Translations under genes and position numbers: made by a program
Source of the DNA: Geosiphon pyriformis uo1
Taxonomy: Eukaryota; Fungi; Glomeromycota
NCBI GenBank assembly: GCA_016748015.1
Contig: JAAOMT010000479.1
Location: 399,824 to 463,823, forward strand
Direction of reading: 5' to 3'
Length of the DNA: 64,000 nt
The notes under the pieces: generated by a model
What the model was told of the DNA's origin: nothing
What the model saw: only the letters and a program-made list of their open reading frames with translations
The model's database searches: none
Shown here: positions 1-10,800 of the stretch, piece by piece
Numbering within the stretch: the stretch's first letter is position 1
How the letters are laid out: every line of letters begins with the position of its first letter

Positions 1-3000
1 AGATGTTTATCATGTCTTTCTTTTTGTCATTTTTGAGCATAACTAATATTGTTAGCTGTTGTTCTTTGATTGTTTTCTAACGTTTCCATTAGCTGATATG
101 TTTTTTGGTGTAAGGTAGTCTCAAAATTCTTTTCATTAATTGTTTCTGTTGGGTATGATGGTATCACTCATTTAATTAATAACATAGCTTTTCTTCCATA
201 GACTAATTCGAACAGTGTGAACTGAGTCATATTTTGTTTCAATGTTTGGTATACAAAGAGTACAGAAGGTATGAATAAGTCCTATTCTTGTCTGTTTTCA
301 TGACTTATTTTTGCTAGTGCTTTGCACAGTGTTCTGTTAAATTGTTTTACCAGTCTATTCATTTGTGGATGGTATGGTGACGATAAGGGTCTTTTTATTC
401 CAAACTATTGGCTTAGTTCAGTCAGCGTATTATTAACAAAGTGTGTTCTCTGATCAGATAATAATTCTTTCGGACATCTATGTCGGCAAATTAGGTCTTG
501 ATGCACAAATTTGGCAACTGTTTTGGCATCGGCCATTTGGATTGCTCTGGCTTCTGGCTATTTTGTAAGATAGTCTACGGCTACAGCGATATAGTGATTT
601 TCTTGAGATGTAATTGAAAGAGATCCAACCAAATCAATCCCAATTCTATCAAATGGATTTCCAACTGGAATGGGTCGAAGTGGTTCTGTTGATTTTGCTC
701 CTCCTTTTCGCTGGCATGCGTCACAATTGAGCATGTATTCGAAAATGTCTTTGTGTATCGTTGGCCAATAGTATAAGTTTAGTGTTCTTTTGAGGGTAGT
801 GTTTTTGTTAAAGTGTTCTGCAATCGGATCTGAGTGCACGCTATATAGTATAGTTTCTCTTTTACTGTCCGTGATTAGTTGTTGTGAGTTGGGATGGTTT
901 CAGCATTCTCATTGATATAGTTGATTGTCTTGAATAAAATAATTTCAGGCTTGTTTTTGTATGATACTCTGTTCCTGTTGAGATAATATCTTCTTGAAAC
1001 GTAGTATCAATAGGTATTGATATAGTCATTGATAAGTGAGTGTGTCCATAAGTCTGGGATTAGGTTTGTGGCATCCTCGACAAACTGTCAGTATTGGTGT
1101 TCTTGAATCCTTCCTTGTAATAGACTTTGAGTGGGAATTGTTGCAGATAAGTACTCCATCTCACATATTTTTCTTCTAGTTGTGGATTGTTAAGTAACCA
1201 AATAAGTCTTTTGTGGTCAGTATATAGGTTAAATGGTTGACTGAGGTAATGTTTCCAAGTCTGTATGGCTCAATAAATGGCAAGACATTCCAGATCTGTT
1301 GTGCTGTAATTTTTTTTTGCTGGGCTAGTGCTGCAACTAGTGTAGGCAACTGGGTGTTCTCTATTGTCCAGTCCTATTTGTGATAAGACTGCTTCTAAAG
1401 CATTTTTCGAGGCGTCTGTAGTGACAATGAACTATTTAGTAAAATCTGGGTAAATCAGGATTGGGGATGTGATCAATCACTGTTTGAGATAGTCGAATGC
1501 TTTCTGTTGATCTTCCTTTCACAAGTATGATACATATTTGGACAACAATTAATAGAGTGGTTTTGTGATGTTCGAGAAACCTTTGACAAATTGATGATAA
1601 TATCCTGCTAATCCTAGAAATCCTTGTAATTCTCTAAGGTTGATTGGGGCTGGAAAATTCTTAACTTTTTGTACTTTATCTGAATCGGGTTTAACTCTGT
1701 CCTTGCTGATTACATGTCCTAAGAATTTTAACTCGGTTTTTCCAAAGAAGCACTTCCCGGGATTGAGTTTCAATCTGGCACTACAAAGGCATTCGAAAAC
1801 TTGTTGCAGGTGGAGCAAATGGTCTTCAAATGTTTCGGAGAACACATTTGTGTCATTTAGGTAGACTACTACTGATTTCCAAAAGATTCCTTTGTATACG
1901 ACATCCATCAGGTGTTGAAACGTGGCAGGAGTATTACAAAGTCCAAAAGGCATTACGTTAAACTTGAAGTTTCCGTTTCGAGTGGTAAACGCTGTTTTTC
2001 TTTTGTCTTTGGGGTTCATTTCAACTTACCAGTAATCACTTGCTAAATCTAATAATGAAAACCATTTCTTTTTCCCTAGATTGTCCAGAATTTCCTGGAT
2101 GAGGGGAGTGGGATAACTATCTCCTTGCGTGATGCTATTTAGTTTTTGATAATCTATGCAAAATTGCACTTTTCCATTTTTCTTGGTGACCAAGACTACT
2201 GGCGAGGACCAAGGGCTTAACAATTTTTTGATTAGGTCGTTATCAAGTATCTGTTGCACTTCTTGCTTAATTAGGTTATTGCCAAATAGGGGTATGCAGT
2301 AAGCTCGTTGCTTAATTGGTCGAGCATCTCCTGTATCAATCTGATGCTTCATGATGTCGATGCATCTGAACTCATTTTTGCTGGCAAAGACATCAGCATA
2401 CTGATTCAAAAGAACTTTGAGTTGCATTTGTTGCAGAGTACTTAAATTTCCTAAATTCAATTTATTGATCTCTTCTGGTGTAAACAAGTAACTTTCTTTT
2501 GGCAAATTCCATACTTGTGAGATAATGTCACAGAATAAGAATAATTGTACAAAATCTGGAATAGACTGGGGTTTTTTAGGATTCTGACTATCTGTGGATA
2601 TGGAACCAATGAGAGTCCCTTCGGGAATTTCAATGACATCTTCTGTCGGGTTGTGGATGGGGATTTTGAAGTGTTTATGGGCTTTGGCCAGTAGGTATAG
2701 ATTAGCAACATTGGCTAGGGAACAGATTTCGGAACTGGCTTCAAATAATAGGGCTTGATCTTAGATTTTTCAATTCACCTTAAGGATGTATTGTTGGTAT
2801 GGGGGAATGGAGATGATGGTGTTGGTGTGGATAAATTCTACCTGGTCACTGTCTTTCTCCATGAAATTAACTGGTACGTTTTCTCTTTCACTTAATCCAA
2901 ACCTGTTGATTTCTCGGGCAGTGAGGCCTAACTCTTCTCGGGTTGTTACTGGGGTTAATTGGGATATTTTGACTAGAGGTAGGAAGATAGCTTAGGCAAT

Positions 3001-4910
3001 CTTTTCTTGTGATTCTATTTTGTAGGGTCTGTCCAAATTGTTCTGTAGCATCACGATAATGTTTCCCGTGTAACCAGCATCAATGATTCCTCCTTTTATG
3101 TCGATTTCTTTCTTGGCTAGACTAGATCGAAAGGCAATTTGTACCATTGTACTAATAGGAATTTCTAATGCTATCTTAAGATCTATTTTTACGAGGGAAT
3201 GTGGGGCTATAATGATAGGTAATTGTCTGGGGTATCATAGGTTGAAACCAGCATCGGTGTCATGTGTTTTTTCAGGGCAGATTTTTTTCTCATTGTCACT
3301 GTATCATTTTAGCTCTAGTTCTTTGGATAGGTCAGGATATGTAAAATACTGTTCTGTTTCGGTATCCTCAGTTGGATCTTGAAACAACATGTCCTCGGTA
3401 ATCAATACTTTTTCTTTGGGTTCAGGTAGTTCGGTAATTGGAAACAGTATTCTTGGAGATGGATTGAACATGAGATCATATTCATTGCAGTACTGGAAGT
3501 GACAGGAGATCAAACAGTGATTGCATAGTTTGGTATTCAAATCAGCCAACCTTTGTTCCTGTTCCTCGCGAGTTGGGGCCAATTTCTGATATCAGTTCTG
3601 AAATACATCTGGGTCATCTGTGAAGAAATCATCCTTGGAGTAGTCAGGTCCAGTATATTCGGGCGTCCAAGGGTTGTCCTTAATTTCTCGTATTTCTTCG
3701 GGCGTGGTGCTTTCGGCCTTGGTGCTTGCCATTTTCCAGATTTCGTGGTTATTATGTGGATAACCGTCTAGCCTGTTGAGTGCTTGTTTTCAAGCATCCT
3801 CGATGGGAGTTCCCTTTCGTACCCAATCATTGATTAATATGGTGTATTGACAAGTCTTGTCACATGTTTCTCCTCTGCCAGACACATCATTCCAGAGTCT
3901 TTTATCTGGCAGGATTTTGTCACATACAAGGCATGGCGTGTGGTCCCACTTGCCTTGTCATTTTGGTCATCCAAATCTTTTCAGTAAACAAGGTCTGCAA
4001 TAGTATTTGGTGGCGGTGGACCATTCTTCATTGTCCCCAATACATGTGCCCATAGTGGATAGTTTTTTTCCACAATTGACACATATTAGTCTTGGGGGTT
4101 GGTAAAATAAGTTTCTTTGGTCCGAGGTTACGTATCCTAGTGATGATGATTGGAGTTTTTCTTCAGCTCTGCCTTTTCCTTTTTCTTCCCAGGTTGGTGG
4201 TGAGGGTAGTTCAGTTCGATAATCATCCGCCCATGAAACCTGATAGGTCTCGATAGTTGGTGGCATTGATGTGTCTTCGAATTCAATAAGAGGTTCCTTG
4301 GTACATTGGTTTTTAAAGTGTCTGCACGTAGCTGGGACTCGGGTATGCTGTCCATTGAACATGAGTTGAAGTTTTTGGGTGTTCCAGTCGAGAGTAGCGT
4401 TGGCTTTTGACAACCAGTCGTTTCCTACTAGAGCTTGATATTGAATAGCTTCCATAATAAGTACTTTGGTAGAGATTTGGATTCCATTAATCTCGAAGAG
4501 GAAGTTGTCAATTTCTCCTATTGGGGTTTTTGTGTTCCCATCCACTGTAATGATCCAGGCGGTAGTGGCATGGTCTACTTGGTGACCTAATTGGTCCATG
4601 AGCTGCTTCGTGATTATGCTATCAGCTGATCTGTTATCCAGGATTAATTTAATGTCTATTCCTCTGACTCTGGCATCAGTGTATAGGGCCGTTATTGGTT
4701 TATCCTGATTGATAGCTGCTCCACTAAAAAGGCTATGTGTGTTCAAATTATCAATATCAAAAGGAAATATGGCGGCTAGGGTGGTGTCTTCAGTAATAGT
4801 AGCTGGTAGAATATTGCTTTTTGTTTGCTTGAAAGGTTGGGAGATTTGTTCTATATCCCTCTCTTCCACAGATGTAGATTTATCAAAACTCTGGTCTTCT
4901 ATAAGACTGA
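1..4910 (-). mobile_element. Ty3/Gypsy element A, pol part (protease - Cys-rich - dUTPase - RT - RNase H - integrase), degenerate; runs off the left edge
   Basis: Minus-strand ORF pieces: integrase (HSDPIAEHF...YYWPT...CDACQR, GIDLVG, AVDYLTK; 558-839), RT (KTAF...MPFGLCNTPATFQ...YLND; 1549-2505), protease (IKLILDNRSADSII; 3967-4910). The order PR-RT-RH-IN is Gypsy-type. Confidence 0.95.
2890..3285 (-). pseudogene. dUTPase domain within element A pol
   Basis: Hand translation HDTDAGFNL*YP...QIAFRSSLAKKEI...GGIIDAGYTGNI...EKIA*AIF...REINRFG matches trimeric dUTPase motifs 1-5, with in-frame stops. Confidence 0.9.
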
Positions 4911-5811
4911 TGTTACTCATAGAAATATAAGAAATATATTAGCATAATTATTAGCCAATCAAAAGTAAGCGTAGTAAATGTGGAATTCCAGGATTCTTCT
5001 CAGGAATTGCAGGATTCCAGGAATTTCAGGATTCCCAATAAGGAATTGCAGGATTCCAGAATTGCAGGATTTCTCTCAAAGAAATCGCAGGATTCTAGGA
5101 ATTCCAGGATTCCTGTTGTAAAGAATCAAGGAATTGAGGAATCTCAATTATGTATATATAGCAATAGCATTAGAAACAGAAAAGACAGAATCGATACCAC
5201 AGAATCCTTAGCCTAAAAATGCAATCATCAAATAAATAATTATTTATATCTCTATTCACTTTCCCACTATCAACTCTTCATGTTGATAGTAATTAATACT
5301 TGACCATGCTGGAACAATAGCTCTTGATCATGGCTATTGATGGGATACTAATCTGCAAAGTGTCTTGGCTTATTTTCTTTTCTTTCTTTATTTTCTTTTA
5401 TTTCTCTTTCTTTATGTTATTTTGATTTGTTGTTATATATTAATTGATAAAAAATTAAGCACTGAGTTATTGACATCAAGGATAGCCTGGTAAAAGACCC
5501 AGAAATACAGATAGGATTTTATATATTATCAGATAGCTTACCAGAAGGGCACAACTGCCAGATTAAATCTGGCCACTATGCTGAGAAAAAAATTGGGAAA
5601 ACTCTTGGAAAATATATCTACTATCGACACTATTGAATCTCTGTTCATTATACAAAAGACTCCACCAAAACCTTCAGATCAACCAAAATCTTCAGATCCA
5701 TCAAAACCTTCAGATACAGCACCTTCAGAACAGCCTCAACGGAAGTAGCTTTTGAGTACCAAGTTATGGGTTTGTTATTTAATTCAACAGCAGAAATAAT
5801 CACCTGTAACA
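4911..5811 (+). repeat. 5' LTR of element B (901 bp)
   Basis: Near-identical to 14035-14919, differing mainly by transitions plus one 16-bp indel in the internal repeat array; TG...CA termini with TGTTAC/GTAACA inverted ends. Confidence 0.97.
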
Positions 5812-5813
5812 TT

Positions 5814-5830
5814 TAGTGCTCCCTGTGAAG
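5814..5830 (+). promoter_or_regulatory. Primer binding site of B (TAGTGCTCCCTGTGAAG; ancestral TGGTGCTCCCTGTGAGG)
   Basis: Lies 2 nt after the LTR; the same sequence is intact in A (16906-16922, minus) and present in D (49171-49187). Confidence 0.9.
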
Positions 5831-7700
5831 TATAATTCTACAGAGAACCAGCACCAACAACACCAAACCAAAAGTGGCAAAATCAGAAATTATAGGAGCA
5901 AACCATTTAGGATTTGCAAAATTCTTATTTCAACACTATTGTTAATACTTGGGATTAAACCACAATCATATATCTGCCAAATCAGCCTTCAATTTCTACA
6001 TTAACGAAAAGATTTCCTCTTTATTAGGAACACCAGTGAATACTGAATCAGCAAGAGAAACTTTCTATAAAGAATTAATTCAAAACACCAACCTACCAAC
6101 AAATCATAATTTTGCATCCATCATCACTGAGATCAACAAAGAAATTGAACACCACACTCAACAAAGATATCCAATTACATACACTAGTAAAGGCAAGGAA
6201 AAATTACAAACACCAGCAGTAATACCCAGAAAATTACAGCCACCTGCTTGGAAGAAAAACAGAGTTGAATTCCCAAGCAACCCATTCTATCACTATACAC
6301 CTGGAAGCGCCATCAACATATCATCAACTGACATGTTCTCATCAACTGCGACATCAACATTTGGACGATTCTCATTCCAAAGTAGACAAAGGAAAACAGA
6401 ATTGTTAGGACTATATGGCAAATACTTTGAGGGATTTAATTTGTGATCATCAACCCCATTAGGACTTCGATCACCACCACTTCCACCAGATTTTGGAATC
6501 TCTGATCCATGGAAAGCAGCAGAATCAGAAAAGGAGGAAGAAGAATCAGAGGATCAAGAATTCATTTACCTACACCCGATTCCTGAAAACCCAAAAGTTG
6601 AAACCCCAGACATTCAAACTCAGCAACAGTTAGAAAATCCGGAAATCGAAACTCCGAATATTCGAACACCGCCAAATCCAAGAAATCAAAACCCCAAATT
6701 AATTAATCAGCAAAACTTACCTTTGGTAATTGTCATCGATCAACTGCCAATTAACCCCATAGCTGAACCCATATAGCAGCTACTTCAGCTACCACCCCAA
6801 TAGCCAGGACAACAACAACTGCTTCAACAGCCACCCCAACCACCTAACTTAGATCCAATGGCCTATACACCAATTGCAAAACTTGACAACTTTACGGGCG
6901 AAGAGGATGACACTCAAATATGGCTGAATAATGTAAAAAAGGCCATCGCAGCCAATGGATAGAATAATGCTCGAGCAATGGAAACCATTCCCTACTTTCT
7001 AAAGGATACCGCTGATTCATGGTACCAAAGCTTGATTAATAAACCACAAGATTTCAATGCCTTCAAAGGGGAATTCCTAAAATACTTCAGCAACAATAAC
7101 AGCAACAATAACAGCAACAATAACAGCAACAATAACAGCATCAATCGCCTAGTCAGAGGCTAACCATGCCCAAGTCATTAATCTAGTAATAAATAGATCA
7201 TCTGAATTGGATTCCAAATTGGAGAAGTTTAGTGAATCAATTAATAAGAGATTGGAAAGATACTTAGCTGACAATCACACCATTTATCAGTCTCTACAAT
7301 GATGCAATAATCAAAGAAATTATAATTATGGCCAAAATCAACCATATTCATCTTCATCAACCAATCAACAGTGGCAACAGGAAACACATATCTGCCACTA
7401 TTGTAGTAAACAAGGACATATCCAAATTGACTGTCACTAGCGTCTAAATAACCAACAATCGGGAAATCAATATCGAAACCACAATCACCAGTTCCAAACT
7501 CCGAATCATTATCCAAATCAGAGTCAAGACCAATATTGAAATAATTATCTGCCCATGATGCAACAACCAATCTATTAACTGCCAATATATCAACCTCTAA
7601 TTCATCAGTCGCAGCCACAAGTAATATATCAACTGCAGCCACAAATCATCTATCAACCCCAACCAATTCAAATACCAGCCCTGAACCCAGCTCAAATGAC
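5830..7700 (+). pseudogene. gag of element B (N-terminal helical domain, P/Q-rich linker, capsid, CCHC knuckle), with an internal deletion
   Basis: MAYTPIAKLDNFTGEEDD at 6858, capsid piece 6978-7163, knuckle CHYCSKQGHIQIDC near 7390-7435; homologous to A gag. Confidence 0.85.
7089..7139 (+). repeat. (AGCAACAATAAC)x4 tandem repeat
   Basis: Read directly; encodes SNNN x4 in gag. Confidence 0.95.
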
Positions 7701-7860
7701 ATTAGGCAACCCTCAATCTAGAGTCACTTAAAACTGGAGATCGGCGATAGTTGTTTACCAACCAATCCTCAATTCGCTAAACCCACCATCAGGATTATGC
7801 ACCTGGAATTTAGATACCAGTCACATACAAAACCCAAATTTCCAACACTATTTAAGTCTT

Positions 7861-10800
7861 TTGGTTACCTCAGAAGACGCTACATCCAACAACACGGAAT
7901 TCAATCAACACGTACCTACCAACACAATTCCACTGGCAACCATCTCTAGCAATGAATTCCTAGTAGCCATTTTTCCCTTCGAACTCAAAGAAAACACACC
8001 GATACCGTTATTCAGTGGAGCCACCTTCGAAGAAAAACCCATAACAGCCATGTACATGGATGCCAGCATTGATGGTCACCCCATCAAACTCATCCTAGAT
8101 AGTGGATCAGTGGGCAGCATAATCACAAGACAGCTCATGGATCAATTAGGTTGCCAAGTTGATCGAGCTGCCAGTGCTAGAATCATCACTGCCAATAGTG
8201 CCACCAAAACACCTATCGGCGAGATAGATGATTTCCCTATAGAAATTAATAACATCATAGTACCCATCAAGATCTTAGTAATAGATGCCACCCAATACCA
8301 AGCGCTAGTTGGTAATGACTGGCTGTCCAAAACCAATGCCATGCTCGATTGGACAACTCAAGAGTTAATAATCAGCCAGAATGGAAGACATACACAAGTA
8401 CCAGCAACATGTGACCACTTCAAGGCTACCAGCACCATGGCACCACTAATCGACTTTGACAAGGAGAAACTGAAGCCTACTTGGGAAGCCTACCAAGTGT
8501 CGTGGGCTGACGAAGAGCACAACGAATTGCCACCAATACTCTCCTGGGACAACAGCAACAAGGGAAAAGGAAAACAAAAAAAAGAACTTACCTGGGAAAC
8601 TGATGACCTGACATGAACCGACAATGACGAAAGCGAATTAACTTCAAGCTGAAAATGGGAAGAGGACAAAGAAAATAAAGGAAAAGGGAAAGAAGAAGAG
8701 ATCACCCAAACCATCACTGCGTATCATAATACCTACACTATTCCACAATGATCTACCTATCATCAACCTAAGCTTATATGTGTCGATTGTGGCAAGAAAT
8801 TGTCGTCAATGGGTGCATGCTGTGGCGACAATGAGGAATACCACACCACAACAAAATTCTACTGTTGTCCATGCTTACTCGAATGCTTCAGATGACTAAA
8901 GAGGCAAAAAAAATGGGATAACCAACCTTGTCTCGCTTGTGGGGAGACCCTGTTAGATAAAGGGATGTGGAATGACATCCCAGAATGGGGAGGAACATGT
9001 AATGTGTCATGTCAATACACGATTCTAATAAGTAACTGGGTAAGGAAAGGAACCCCAATAGAAGCAGTCTGGAGAAGAGCTGTGCAGCAACTGGACAGTT
9101 GTCCACATGATGATGATGAAATTTAGTGAATGGCACTTGCAAAAATTGAAGGGACGATGCCAGAAGAGATAAAAATGATCAAAGACAACCCCCCAGAATC
9201 TTTAGAGCTTGACTGGAATGCAGAACTCATCATAAACCTCCTGGATCCGGAACAATTCCATGAACACTACCAAGAATTAGCACCTACAAGGGAAGAACAA
9301 GAACAACGGTTAGAGCAGTTGAACACTCAACTATGTCAACACTGCCTAATTCCCTGTGACTTCTAGTATTGCAATAAGTGTGACCTTATTTACAATCCAC
9401 CACCACACATGATCTACACAATCCTGGAAGAGGAAGAACCAATCAGCAGCTGCACATCAGAATCAGAATCGCCGATCAATCGCGATTCAAACTCCGACAA
9501 AGATAATAACAACAATGGTTCAAGCTCTATTCAAAATGGCAATGACAACAACAATGATTCCGACTCAGATACAAACTCCGATTTAAACTATGAACAATAC
9601 ATTGCACTACCAGATCTCTTCAAGGAACAAGAGTTGAAATGGTATAGTGACAATGGAAAGGTATTATGTCAGAATGTGTGCATGATACTGATGCAGGGTT
9701 TGATCTGAGATATCCAGGAAAAAATGCCATCAAATTGGAACCATATTCACGCATCTACATTGATCTGAAAATAGCACTAAAAATTCCGGCAACAACAATG
9801 GTTCAATTAGCATCTAGGAGTAGTTTAGCGAAAAGAAGAATTAATATAAGAAGAGAAATAATTGACATAGGATATATAGGAAATATCATCACTATGCTAC
9901 AAAATGACTCAGAAAAAGCCTATGTAATAGAGCCCAATGAAAAGATAGCACAGGCAATATTCCTGCCTCTGGTTAGAATAGCTCAGTTAGTATCAATGGA
10001 AAAGAGGGAGGAATTAGGAATAACAGCGAGAGGAATACAGGGATTCGGATCCACAGGTAGAATAGATATACCAGTTAACATGACAGAGGAAAAAATTGTT
10101 GGCCAAGGAGAAATTATCTCAACTGGTCAAGCTATTTCCATTCCACCATATAGCCAGTACATGTTAGCAATAGAAAGGAAGGAAAAGGAGCAAGAACAGA
10201 TTTTTGAAATGGAAGCAACCCTTTGTGAATCAAGAGAGATTGGGTTGATCAATCTCCACATACTAGCCAAAAGCTATAGCAGCATAAAAATTCCCATCTA
10301 CAACAACACTGGTAATATCATCAACATACCAGAAGGAACCACCATCGGATATCTAACCACAGAAATAGAAGACCAACCACCAAACTCCATTCCAGACTTT
10401 ACACAACTTTGTGGATATGTTGACATCACATCACAGACAATCTATGGATGAGACAAATGTTATTTGCTCCAACCAGAACAATTGGAACAAATGAACATGA
10501 GAAACTTAGATTCACTCCAATGTATGCAGCTCAAGATGTTACTCAACAATTTCAATGACATCTTTGCCAGCAAAAATGAGTTTGGCCGAACTGACATCAT
10601 CCAGCATTAGATCAAGACTGGAAATGCAATGCCAATCAAACAAAGAGCATACAGAGTACTGCCAGCCAGCCATGAGATTATTCATCAAGAGATAAACAGA
10701 ATGTTTAACAACGGACTAATTCAACCATTAATGAGTCTATGGTCGTCACCAGTAGTACTTGTCTAGAAGAAAAATGGAAAAATCTGGTTTTGTATAGACT

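Noticed and set aside
4981-5112. Semi-palindromic repeats resembling a CRISPR array
   Set aside because: No unique spacers and no cas genes; the array lies inside an LTR and is duplicated in the partner LTR.
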